Part shown: one piece after another, positions 41,601 through 54,111 of the stretch | Layout of the letters: the number at the start of each line of letters is the position of its first letter | How positions within the stretch are numbered: position 1 is the stretch's first letter | NCBI GenBank assembly: GCA_951406725.2 | Contig: OX597815.1 | Span: 173,600,001 to 173,664,000 of the forward strand | Reading direction: 5' to 3' | DNA length: 64,000 bases | Source of the DNA: Octopus vulgaris | Lineage: Eukaryota | Notes under the pieces: model-generated | Seen by the model: the letters and a program-made list of their open reading frames with translations, nothing else | Databases searched by the model: none | What the model was told of the DNA's origin: nothing | Translations under genes and position numbers: made by a program

Positions 41601-42314
41601 TAGTTCACTTTTCATTCAAATAGGAGACCAAGCAAATAGAGAAATGCATTTAGTCTAAAAGCAAAAACACATGGTAAATTAAAGGGTTTCTATGTACATA
41701 ATTCAGCCCTTTAACTACTCAGTTACCACATGTAAATCAATTCAAATAGTTTCTCATATATAAGAGTACAGCAGTTCAAGTTTGAGAAAGAAGTAACTCT
41801 GTTATTTGTTTTTTCTCATATGCTTCAATAGTAATGAAAGACTTATTATTTAGAAATCAATAAAAGAATTAAGACTTTTTTACTGGTAGTGGTAAAAAAG
41901 TATAAAGGATCATCATGTCTAAAATGAACCCACATTAAAGCATTAATTAACAGTCAAGTAAATTACCATTTATGTTATCAGCTATTTACTGAAGTTAAAA
42001 CCTATATTCTTAGTTACCATGCATATAACCATGCCAAAGCAGACACTGGAGCATGATGTAGTCCTTGGATTCACTGTATCCTGTCAAACCAGCTCATCAA
42101 TGCCAGCATGGAAAACAGACAAGTTGATATTTTTTCCCTTCCTTTTATTTTCAGTCACATAATGAGATGTTTTCTGTACTGACAATTTATCTAGCTTTTA
42201 TTTAACTAATTTCAAGGAAAAATTTCTTTAAGTAATGAAATCTCATACTGGAATTCATGGCAAATGTTTTCCAGGTTTCCCCTTGTTTAGCAGAAGGTCC
42301 TCCAAATATAAATA

Positions 42315-43881
42315 CCATAAAAACCCATGTAATTTATGCATTTCTTTTTCACAAAAACAAAAATAAATTTCAAAGGGTGTGTAAATTACATGAGTAGACC
42401 ATTTCCAGAATTTTTTTTAGAAATTTTTTTTGTTGAAAAATGACATACAAATGTAAACATTCGTACGGGAAGTTGACTCATTCAATGTCAGAATAAGTTT
42501 CCACAGAAAAAATATCATGAAGTTGTCTTTTATTTATGCTGGATGGTATAAATCTTATTTTTTCTGTATAAATCTACTAAAACCATTAAATGGTTAATTA
42601 CTTTTTGAAGTTTGACATTCACGTTGGCAATCACAGTCCGGGCTATATTTAACATTGCTTGGAGTTTCTACCTATCACAATGGAGACCAGCAATTTCCTT
42701 AAATAGATCAGTTTTTCTCTGCTTAAGAAGTCTGGCTTGTGTTTGCCTCCAGGAAGCTATTGCTCACTTTCTCTGTGTTACAACAATGAAATTCATCACC
42801 ACCAACATTGTTGCTACCAGCTCTTACTGCATCTAATGCTGATGACAACATCATAATTCATCCTTGCACATGTAAACTCACTAAGTGAATATGACTTAGC
42901 GTTCCTACAGAAACCTTCATTTACCTTATATGATATTTAATGTCGTTTCAGATTCATGTTGAATTATGCAGCAATCTTAGGTTCTCTTCATAGACCACTT
43001 GTAATGTATGTATTACCAGTTCTTTTGGTATAGTAGATTTTTGCTATTTTTGTTTATGTCTCCTCACAGACGTGTATATTCTAACAAGTCACTTCTTAAA
43101 TTTCACACCTCTCTTGTTCAATAAACACTGAGTTAAACTTGCAAAGCTGTTTATTTTCTCCTTTTGATTTTTAATGTTTATTTTAGCGGGTTATCAAACT
43201 TTCAGTTTGGTCTCCCAGCTAAAACAGTAATGTCAAGTTTGCTTGACATTTTATAAGAGTGAAAGGGGTTAAAATTTCGATACTCCATATCAAAGGTTCC
43301 GACAAGAATAGGCAGAAAATCAGAGCTTGAGACAAGAAGATACTTTCGATCAATCAGAATTCTGTTTATGTAATCAGTTTGATTGGTCACCTTCCTCTGT
43401 CGATTGAATAAAGTGTTATCCAAGCTGATGTTTAATGGTAATTAAACTTATTTTGCAACACTTGTGTGTATTTATCAGCTTTGTTTTTGTTGATAAGAAT
43501 TATCAACTTTTCCTGTGATCATGATTTTGAGAAGACATACAGAAGTTTGCTAAAGATTGGACATAATCTCGTGGGCAAGATGTAAAATAAAGTTTATTAT
43601 AAACAACACAAACACTTAGTAATTTAATAGCTTTCAATGTGATACCTGTTGAACAGAAATTATTTTAATTTAATTGAAAATTTAATAAAATCTAATCATA
43701 AGTAAGTGAAATTATGCTAAATACAACTAAACTGAAAACCTTTTCTCCCTAGCCATATCGGCAATTCTGAATACTTTTGGGTGTGAATTTTACATGAGTA
43801 GAAGCTTTTTTTAAACAATTTTTATCATGAAAATCACCTGCATAAATTACACAGGTGTGCAAATTACATGGGTTTTTACGG
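42315..43881 (-). mobile_element. Tc2/pogo-like DNA transposon, degenerate, both TIRs present
   Basis: TA|CCATAAAAACCCATGTAATTT ... AAATTACATGGGTTTTTACGG|TA: TIRs with a TA TSD. Eroded transposase traces on the minus strand near 43040-43080. Confidence 0.82.
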
Positions 43882-44804
43882 TATGTCAGGATACAGAAAC
43901 CAGTGAATATTAAATTCAGTTTTGACAATACTATTAGCCTGATTTCATAATGGTAATGCTAAAGGGGGAAAAAAAAAATTATCAGCTTGCTTTCTGAACA
44001 CTCACCTAGATTGCTTAAATGATGTATGCATGGCTTAGCCTCTTTCTTATACCACTTTACAAAGCCAGTATTTCAATAAACATCTTATGACTGCAATGTT
44101 CCCTCTCTATCTTTCTCTTTGTTATACATTTAAATAACATCAACAAGTTACTCCCAGATTTGTTTGACCATTTGATACAAATAAAATACAGTATGTAACA
44201 AAAAGAGAGAAACTGTTAAGAGCTGATAAATGTCCAACTGGAAATTAATGGTAACTGAAACATTAAAACTAGCTAAAGAATATTCTGTTAATAAGTGCAA
44301 TGCAAGTTTAAATGAAAATTTAATACATGGATTTGAAAATAAAATGGCATCTAGCCCCAAGTCAGCCTCAGCTGAACAGACTCATACTTAGAAGTGTAAC
44401 ATTCATGAACAGCCTGTCTCTCCACATCCCTGAGATTGTGCATTTTGGACATTATATCCTTCTTAAAGATGGTAAGCTTGGGTTAGAGTCTCTGTCGTTG
44501 GCCCAATGTGAAGCTGTTGGTAGCACAGGCTAAATATCAAACCGTTTACAGGAGCCTGATTTGTTTGTTTTAATATAAAAATCATTTAAATTATAACAAT
44601 GAGATAAAAAAAATGCACATGAAATTTCCTCAACATTATCCCTATCTATATCTGATTCATGGGGCCTTCAGTAAAATCTATTGCAATACAAACATTTCAA
44701 ACCAAATATTCAAGTACGAATTTAATCTGGCAGGGCTTAATCCTTGACAGCCTGATCGTGTGATATCTTTTGATAATTAAAATAGCAACGTGTAATAATA
44801 TATA

Positions 44805-45010
44805 TCGTCAACATTTAACATCCACTTTCCCATATTTGCATGAATCAGAGAGATTTGTTGAGGCAGATGATTTTCTACAGTGAGATGCTTTTCCTGTTAG
44901 CAACTCTCATCTGTTTCCCAGCAAGGTAGTATTTCCCATGGCCAGACATTTTTCAACGACTGAAAATGAACAGCACACCTGTTTACAACCCCCAGGTGAT
45001 ATCAAGGTAA
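44805..45010 (-). mobile_element. RTE-tailed SINE/LINE fragment (inverted partner at ~47455-47675 +)
   Basis: atttaacatccactttcc-at-tt-gcatg...ttgttgaggcagat...catggccagacat mirrors 47455-47675. Confidence 0.7.
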
Positions 45011-45045
45011 GCAAATACACAAACACACATACATATATATATATT

Positions 45046-45445
45046 ATCTCTTTTACCTTTTACTTGTTTCAGTCATTTGACTGCGGCCATGCTGGAAGAC
45101 CACCTTTAATCGAGCAACTCGACCCCGGGATTTATTCTTTGTAAGCCCAGTACTTATTCTATCGGTCTCTTTTGCCAAACCACTAAGTGATGGGGACATA
45201 AACACACCAATGCTAGGGGGACAAACGCGCTCACACACACACACACACACATATATACATATATATACACATACATATATACAACGGGTTTCTTTCAGTT
45301 TCCGTCTACCAAATCCACTCACAAGGCTTTGGTCGGACCGAGGCTATAGTAGAAGACACTTGCCCAAGGTTCCACACAGTGGGACTGAACCCGGAACCAT
45401 GTGGTTGGTAAACAAGCTACTTACCACACAGCCACTCCTGCGCCT
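45046..45445 (-). mobile_element. Full-length tRNA-derived SINE family A
   Basis: Pol III A box TGGCTGTGTGG (45434-45424) and B box GGTTCAGTCCC (45391-45381), then CCTTGGGCAAGTGTCTT, a central (TG/TA)n tract and an A-rich tail. Sits within (TA)n. Confidence 0.92.
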
Positions 45446-45464
45446 ATATATATATAATAAATAT

Positions 45465-46332
45465 ACAATGGGCTTCTTTCAGTTGCCATCTAACAAGCCT
45501 ACTCACATAGCTTTGGTTAGCCTATAGTTACAGTAGAAGACACCTTACCAACAGTGCCACGCAGTGATGCCGAACACAAGACTTCATAGTTGGGAAGCTA
45601 TCTATTTAACCACACAGGCATGCCTGGAGCTATATATAATGTATATCATGGTGAAAAATAATGAAAAAGATGCTCACAAAAAGCTAATCAAGAATTAACT
45701 ACTGTATATACTCTCCATTACAAACATAGTTCATATATTTATCATAGCAACATATTATATAAACTGACTGAAATATACTTTAATGTTAGAGTTTGTAACT
45801 TCTGACAGACAATTTTAGCATATAATAATTAGTTTTGGTGATATATTCATAGTAATTTTTTATTTCAAAGATATGTTACCCTATCAACATTAACTAGTTC
45901 CAGTTACGAAGTAGACAGGATGTATGCAAACAAAAAGTTCCATTTAACCTTTGTCTTTTATCTCAAATTGTTTCAGTCATAGGACTGTGGCCATGCTTGA
46001 GAACCACCTTCAAATGATTAAATTTTTTTTTTAATGTTTTAGGTGAATAAATCTCTTTCAATACTTAAATTTTAAAGCCTGGTGTTTATTCTTTCAGTTT
46101 CTTTTGCTGAACTGCCAAGTTACAGGGATGTAAACAATCCAATAACAGTTGTCAAGTGTTGGTAGGGACACAAATACAAACATACACACAACCAGTCTCT
46201 TTCAGTTTCCATCTCCCAAATCCACTTACATGGATTTGGTGGACCCAAGGCTATAGAAACACTTGCCCAAGGTGTTATACAGTGGGACTGAACCTAGAAC
46301 CATGTGGTGACAAAGTAACTTTCTTATCCACA
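45465..46332 (-). mobile_element. Two further degenerate SINE family A copies (~45465-45628, ~45950-46332)
   Basis: Shared blocks tctttcagtt-ccatct-cc-aaatccact and gggactgaacc. Confidence 0.8.
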
Positions 46333-46811
46333 AATATTAGTATTCTTAGTGCAATAAGCAACGACAATGACAGGTGATTTACATATAATTAAATAAAATG
46401 ATCACTTTATATTGTAAACAGGAGTCTTCAAGACATTGTTGTGATCCACACAAAAATATTGAGGGAGAGAGAGAGAGATTTTAATGAACTGGCAAAACAT
46501 CACTTATGTGAGATTTAATGTCCATTTATGCAACAAATGCTGCAAGCTCTCCTCCTTGGTATTGCTGAGGAAGTTCACGTAGTTAATGTTTTGTTGGTCT
46601 TCTGAAACATGTGTACATAATATAAAGCATAAATACTGATAATATTTTCTGTGTTTCTTTTTTATATAAGGCATATGGACTCAGCAAGCTACCTTAGTTA
46701 ACTTATGAAGATTGTTTCACCACATTGGAGATAGGAGTGGAGCATAGAACTCATCTACAATGTCCATACCTTTTGGTAAGGTATTTTACCTTCTGGAGTA
46801 ACTTTTGGATT

Positions 46812-46846
<35 letters not shown>

Positions 46847-48031
46847 AAACATTTAATACCCATGATCCATGCTGGCACGGGCTGGATGGTTTGGTTGAAT
46901 TTGACTACCCTAAGGGCTGAGTTGATCTCCATTACCTGCTTAAAGTTTCAATGCCAACCACCTTGCAAAGTGTACTGCTTTTTTTTAATGATACCAGTAC
47001 TAGTGGGGTTGCCAAATAACTTGCAAGACAAGATCGTGTGAGTTATTTGGTGATCCCATAGTGAGGCGGGGATACAATATTGACAGATGTGGCTTTGTGC
47101 CAGGTGTGGGGAGGTTAATGTAGGAGAGAGAGACATGAACATGTGACTTGCTGTAGAGAAGATAGTAGGAAAAGGAGAAAGGATAGTGAAGATGAGGTAT
47201 CAGGGCATACCTTCAGGTACAAGAAGGTGAATAAAGAAAGAATAAGGGCAGGGAGTTAAGAATGGGTGATGTATGGGGAAGATAGAAGACGTATAACAAA
47301 AGACACATAAAAACACATAGATACAAAGATATATAGGGAGATATATACATATAGACACATACAAAAGTATATATATAGGTGTGTGTGTGTGTGTGTATGT
47401 ATGCATACAGGTATATATGCAGCATATATAAAGACATGTATATAAATGTGTGTGTGAGCTCTTGTCTTGACATCACATTATGGTTATGAATGAGTATCAC
47501 CATCATACAAGCAATGTTGTTCATTACTAGTCTCTCATGAAAAATATGTCTAGCCATGAGGAAATATAACCTTGTCTGGAAAAGGTGAGTGTTGGCAACA
47601 GCATAGAAAATCTACCTCAACAAAATTCCATCTCATCTATGGAAGCATGGAAAATGGACATTAAACAATGATGACTGATGCCTTGCAGTATTTGTTCCAA
47701 GTCTCAGGGTTCTAAGTTCAAATACTATCAAAATCATCTTTGCTTTTCATCCAATCAGGGTTGAGAAAAGTAAAATAAAATTAACAATCTAGTGCAGTTG
47801 ATTGGCAGAACTCTAAGAGCATCAGACCTGATACTATGCAGTGTCACTTCCATCTTTGTGCCCTGACAATGATACCTGAATTGTCACTGAAGGTAAGCAT
47901 TGTCTTGCCTTTTCCTTGTACAACATCAGTGGCATAGAAAGAGGAAACTTACATGCATAGGCAATTGTTAGTTTTTCATAAAATAAATGTTACCAAGACC
48001 TGCACATACACGACCAACCTTGATAGATAGA

Positions 48032-48035
<4 letters not shown>

Positions 48036-48128
<93 letters not shown>

Positions 48129-48165
48129 AAATATGTATACATACATATGTGTGTGTGTGTGTGTG
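48036..48165. repeat. Compound (TA)n(GA)n(TG)n microsatellite
   Basis: Directly visible. Confidence 0.97.
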
Positions 48166-49422
48166 TTAATAGGGAACAACTCTTCTTTCAGACATTATAT
48201 TAAAGACAAGATTATATCTGAGTTTCATTTTTATATTATAAAGTTTCTTTATGTTCAGTCTGGAACAAGAACGTTCTTAAATCCATTTATCTGTTTATTC
48301 TTTGAGACCATCAGAGTTCCAGCCACAGAATATGTTGTGGTGCAGAAGCAATGGGGACAGTATAGTGAGAGAAAGAGAGGCAGGAGGTAGGAAAAAAGTA
48401 GATGAATGCAATGAAAGCATTCCAAATGGGAAAGCTGCAAGAGAACAGTGACAGAAAGAGAGACAGATGGGAGCAGAGAGAACATCATGGCTAATGAGTG
48501 AGTTTTCTCCAGTACAGCATATCATCAATTGTAATGGTCCCTTATTCACTTTTGTAAGATTCATCATCTTGATATCAGTTTTCACTATTTCATCTCATAT
48601 CTTTCTAGGTTTTCCTCTTCCACAAACACTGTACACATTATGTACTCAACACTTTTTTATGATATTGGAGAAGTTTTCTTTTGGATAGTTTCCAAACACT
48701 GCCATTTCAAGTCCAAGATAAACAAATTCTACATATATCATGTATGTTCTCTGGCAATGATCAGACACCTGGACTGAGTGCTTTGGCCAGCAATAATGTC
48801 ATTACAGATCTCTCAAATATTTGAACATGTGACCTGCCTTAACTAATGAGAATAGGTCCAACTGGTGCATTTTAGATATATAGTGTTGTGCATACACTGT
48901 GTATGCAACTTGGGACACCTAAGGAAGGGATTGTCAAGGAGCATTTTATTATGTACTAAGAACTCTTATTTTATTTGTAAACAATAAACCTACATACAGA
49001 GTCATACATAAAATAAAAGTTATTGGACCCGATGTTTGTTTTGCAGAGGAGCATGCCTACTATTTAATAAGCTGAGTTGCCTTCTTATTGAATAATAGTA
49101 TAAGTGGCCAAGTATTCTATTGTCACCTGTTTCTTTCAGCTAACCTATAGGTAGTACCATCACAACTTTATGTATATGACAAAGCTAGTTTTTGAATTAT
49201 AGATGCAGTCTATCAGATGAACTTTCACTGTTTCTGTCAACCCAATTTCTTATGCAAGGTTCAGGGCAACAGGAGGCTCTACTTTACTAAAATAAAATGT
49301 AAACAAAAAGCTTTATCATTATTATTAACATACATATGTACACACACACACACACTCACACTAGAATAAATAAAGATTCGATGAGTTGTGCTAAGATATG
49401 CACATAAACAAAAATAACCACT

Positions 49423-50278
49423 CATCATCATTGTTTAACGTCCATTTTCCATGCTGGCATGGGTTGGACAGTTTGACTGGGGTCTGGGAAGCCAGGAGGC
49501 TGCACCAGGCCCCAGTCTGATCTGGCACAACTCTGAGAATGTAGTGGGTGCCTTTTACGTGCTACCAGCACAGGGGCCATAGGAACTGGCATCGACTACA
49601 ATCAGATGGTGCTTTTTACGTCCCACCGACACGGAAGCCAGTCAAGGCGGCACTGGCATTGACCATGTTCAGATGGTGCTATTTACATGCCACTGGCACG
49701 GTGGGGCACAGCTACAATTTCCATTTGATTGTAATATGATTTGATTTTGATATTGATGTACTTGACTCAATAGGTCTCCTCAAGCACGGCATGTCGCCCT
49801 ACGATCCAAGGTACTTTTGAGTGGGCTGGTTATGAGACACTGGTGTAAGTTACAGCTGTGAACTAATTTTATTTGCCAGGTCTTCTCAGTCACAGCATAT
49901 CTCCAGAGGTCTCAGTCTTTTATCATTGCCTCTGTGAGGCCCAACGTTCGAAGGTCATGCTTCACCACCTCATCCCATGTCTTCCTAGGTCTCCCTCTAC
50001 CCCAGATTCCTTCCACTGTGTGGGAGTGGCACTTCTTCACACAGATCCCCTCGTCCATCTGCAGTACATGGCCATACCAACATAAACGTCTCTCTTGCAC
50101 ACCACATCCGATGCTTCTTATGTTAATATTTCTCTCAGGGCACTTACACTCTGTTGTGTGAGCACACTGACATTACACATCCAGCAGATCATGCTAGCTT
50201 CATTTCTTTCGAACCTACATATGTCTTCAGCAGTCATGGCCCATATTTCACTGTCGTGAAGCATGGCAGTTCGCACAC
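49423..50278 (-). mobile_element. 5'-truncated RTE LINE (ORF C-terminus, 3' UTR and (GAT)n tail)
   Basis: AMLHDSEIWAMTAED...QERRLCWYGHVLQMDEGICVKKC...GRGRPRKTWDEVVKHDL; tail catgccagcatggaaaatggacgttaaacaatgatgatg. Confidence 0.92.
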
Positions 50279-50299
50279 ATGAATTTACATACACACAAA

Positions 50300-50532
50300 T
50301 CTATATATATGAAATTCTTTATATCTCTGTCAGTTTTCTATGCATTCTCAAATGGCTCGACCAAATCAACTCAAATTTTACAGGGTAATAGTATCAGAAC
50401 CCGTGAGTGTCAACATGTAATTTTTTTTTCATTAGGATTAAAACATTATAACTGTTTATATATATATATATATATATATATATTACAAACTATGCCATTT
50501 TAATCCCAAGCAACGTCGGGTATCTCTGCTAG
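50300..50532 (+). mobile_element. Non-autonomous Helitron
   Basis: A|TCTATATATAT 5' end, subterminal hairpin CCCAAGCAACGTCGGG (50505-50520) and CTAG|T 3' end. Inserted between A and T with no TSD. Confidence 0.82.
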
Positions 50533-51920
50533 TTTATTATAAATGAAATAAAAATTAGTTCAATCATGGCATGTAAGCACTCACATGTACACACTTTCAC
50601 TGTCATGACATTTAACGGAAGAAGAAAAATTTTTGATATTATCCACCTCATTTTTAATGTACTTTTAGAGCTGAGTTCACAGTATGTAGGTTCAATTGTA
50701 TTACACCTAAGGTATACAATGAACTTTAAAGTTTTAAGAAGTTATGCCTTTATAACATCAAAATAGTAGATAATTATTGAATTACACACTATCTTACAAA
50801 CATTGAAGTAGCATTTTTGCAATGTACTACTGGAAATCAATCACTTATTTAATATTTAATAAATATTCATAGTTTTAATGTAGGTGAGAATTTCTTACCT
50901 TGCCTACCCCAATGGTATGTCCTTGATATATACACACACATATATAGCTATGTATATATCTATCAATATCAATATGAATATATTTATCAATATCAATTTT
51001 TTTGTTGGCATGTACTGAACAGGACTACCATATGATATGTACTGACTCCACTAAGTGTTTGACATCTCATTTGAAAGACAGCATTTGCAGTTTCAATTGC
51101 ACCTTTTTCTTTTCCAGCAGCAGTATCTGGTGTATTTTCATTTAACATTTGTCCATTCATAGCACTGTCGTCTTTCACCCATACAATCACATACTCACCA
51201 AAAAGGTTGGTGAGAGTTGCTTCACATTGTAAATATTACAAATCCAGAAGATTATAGTTCTTGTATTTTTCTTTAGCCTCCACATATCTTTCACATCAAT
51301 AATCATGCCTCACTACCAACAAAGCAATTACAGGTTTTATATAATCTGTCTGTTGCACAGATTGAGAGACCCTTTCAATATCAACAAATCCTTCAGCTCT
51401 ATTTATTTCTTATTGGTATAATTGTAGTGTTGTGCAGTTGTTGTATAATTATTAGCTATATAATAGTTATTTAGTGTAAACCCTAGGTTAAAAATGCTGC
51501 ATGTCTCATTTGATGTTTCAGAAACTTTCTGCATGCATGTAAACAATTCCTTCTTTACTGGTATGTTCAGGAATAAATTTATGTTTTTAAAATGCTTAGG
51601 ATTTAATTGATGATAACTGACACTTAGGAAACATAATTTTCATACATGCAGTAATTAAAAGTTAAGCCATACAAAACAGTAAGGCTACTATAAATTTGAA
51701 CTTTCCATCTTCTTAGATATGTTTGGAAGCTTTTGCATGTTTTCATTTTGAAAAGCAATGTAAAACAAAGGTGACCTGGAATAACAGATATATTAACATG
51801 GCATACTATTAAAGTTTAAGGAATAAATCATAACATGAAGGAATAGGTAATTTTCCAGCATGGCTAAAACTATAATCGCTAAAAGAGAGTTTAAGAAAAC
51901 AAAATAGAAATATATCTTAC

Positions 51921-52076
51921 TTTCATTTTATCTCTTTCTACAGTGGAAACCTTTTGTTCAGAAGATAAACGCTCATGACTTGAAATGACCGTTTCTGCTT
52001 TATTCATCCAATCTTTGACTTTCATCAGAGAGATTTCAAACTCTACAAATTTAACATCCAATTGAGCTTTTTCAGT
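51921..52076 (-). CDS. DMD: Dystrophin internal coding exon (homologous to human DMD exon 36; first half of spectrin repeat R13)
   Basis: Acceptor TACATTTCAG| at 52077-52079 and donor AAA|GTAAGA at 51920. 156 nt, phase 0-0, open: TEKAQLDVKFVEFEISLMKVKDWMNKAETVISSHERLSSEQKVSTVERDKMK, with the spectrin helix-A Trp (KDWMNKAE; human TKWIIQAD). Absent from the ORF track because it is under 60 aa. Confidence 0.9.
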
Positions 52077-52699
52077 CTGAAATGTATTAAAATTAAGAAT
52101 TAGGTCAGAAAAAATATTTCAGAGAATGTAATGATTATAACAAAATTAATTCAAACTGTTTTAATAGTATTTTTCAATACTAGATATAATTTTTTAGCAG
52201 AATGAGCAACCTATAGATAATCTTGATCATTTATTTCTCTATAAAAACTCATGAAATATGCTCTTCTAATAGAATTTGTAACATGTTGCTGCTGTATTGC
52301 TGTTGCAAAGGGTCCACAAATATAATAGAAGATATCACTTCTTATGCCCACCAATACTAGCCATATGAGATTATATGTTTACCTTTTAATGACAACCAAC
52401 CTAGAAATACAATATAAAACCTAGTTTTTTGTTTGGTCTATGTACTTGAAGATGTCATCAACTCATACTGAATTAAATAAGAAACAGTATTGAATACAAA
52501 CTAACCTGGGAAAAATTCTAAACAAAGATGCATTTTTAACAGTTCTACTTCTCCCATAACCTTTCAAAGTTCACAGGCTATTCTACATAAGGTACACATA
52601 CACTTTCCAATGTTTCTTGAGTAATAAAAATATTCTCAGCAAGTTAATTTATCATCCTGTTTGACACTAATTCATACAATACCATAACTGTCTGTCAGT

Positions 52700-52962
52700 T
52701 TTATACTACAGTATACTGCAGTAGGTTTTTTTTTCATCTTGACTCTCCAAGATGTATTTCAAAACACGTGTAGAAGAGTCAACTTATGTATTGAAAGAGT
52801 CAACTTGTGTATTGAAAATGAAGGACAACACTTTCAGCACATCTTATAATGTTTTTTAAAGTCTTGCAAAGGCAAATATATTCTTTTGCAGTCTTATACC
52901 ATCATATAAATATTTATTTTGCAATAAAATACTTACTGCTGAGAGACTTTTTGAACACCCTG
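52700..52962 (+). mobile_element. Tc1/mariner 3' remnant
   Basis: RVNLCIENEGQHFQHIL* and TIR ...ttttgaacaccctg|TA; contains a small tandem duplication (aagagtcaacttrtgtattga). Confidence 0.65.
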
Positions 52963-53229
52963 TACATGAAACCACATGAATTAATCTACCTTTGCTAACA
53001 TTTTAGTTTTTAAATACTAAGTTATAAACCCTCTAATCTAAGGGAGAAAACTTTAATACCTCCCACTCATTTATTTACATATTTACATTCTGTAATATTC
53101 CTTATTTATGTTGATACCATTGTTGCTGCATTTTAAAGATATTTTCTATATTATTTGTTTTTTTAATGGAAACTTTCTTTGAAAATGTTCACCAATCAAT
53201 CTTTGCGTAACAACATATTAGATAACTTT

Positions 53230-54111
53230 ATTGATGACTTAATGGCAGGTAAGTTTTTGGATATGATAACCTGAGGAAAATATGCATTTCTTCCATGCAC
53301 ACACAATGTCTGACTCTGATCTGTCCAATTTTTTATCAAGTTATCAAAAAATGGCTGGACATTGGAAAATTTTGCAAGTATTGCTGGTAAAAAAAAATAC
53401 TAATTTTCATTTTTCTTTTTCAGTGTATTAGTTTTCTTTATTTAGTTATTGCACAATTAACAGCCACACATGCACAACATTATTTTAGGCATAAGTGAAT
53501 GCTTACATAAAAAAAAAAATCTTTTCTGCAATACTGCCAATTTTCACAATAACCTAACCACAAGGAAAGAAACTATAAGCATTAGGTATTTTCTGCTCTA
53601 ACATTACAGAACTAAGGCTTTGAAATTGAAAATTTTCAACAAGATGTTAAGACTTAAGAACAGATACTTCTTTAATTTTAGGGAGTTAATCTCAAAAACA
53701 TTTGTTTGCACTATGCTGTACTGAATGCCTTATTTTGTAGTAGATATTGATTTTTCGTTATCACCCTATTACATTGAAGTGTTATTCTCTAATTACTTCA
53801 CTGTAATATAGCAACTAGTTAGTTGTGGTGTATATAAGCTTCATAAGAAACACACATGACTTTCATCTTTAGAAAAAGCTTGAAAATACTTCAAAATTAA
53901 ATTACTAGCACGGCTTGAAACAAAGAATTAACAATATTGGTAAATTTTCTAAACTGCTAAAAACAAGTAATTTCTCAACTCCTACATATGATGCTAATAA
54001 ACTAGAGTTGATGTGTTAGTCAAAAACTGATGTCATATTTGGAAATCAACATCCAAAACTGAGTGTAAAACCACCTTCAACTCCCAAAAAGCAAAATTGT
54101 TATAGACCAGT
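53230..54111 (+). mobile_element. Possible Chapaev-3 (CMC) DNA transposon remnant
   Basis: Eroded MHFFHAH-like motif near 53282, subterminal gatgtcatatttggaaatcaac, and end ...gaccagtg|TAA (CACTG TIR, TWA target). Confidence 0.4.

Noticed and set aside
43228-43249. Palindrome AATGTCAAG-TTTG-CTTGACATT
   Set aside because: Short 9-bp stem inside a DNA transposon, with no evidence of function.
45370-45445. tRNA gene
   Set aside because: A and B boxes are present but there is no cloverleaf, and the sequence continues into a multi-copy SINE body.
51190-51200. Strong donor TTG|GTGAGT on minus strand
   Set aside because: No convincing upstream acceptor or start, and the surroundings look like eroded TE sequence.
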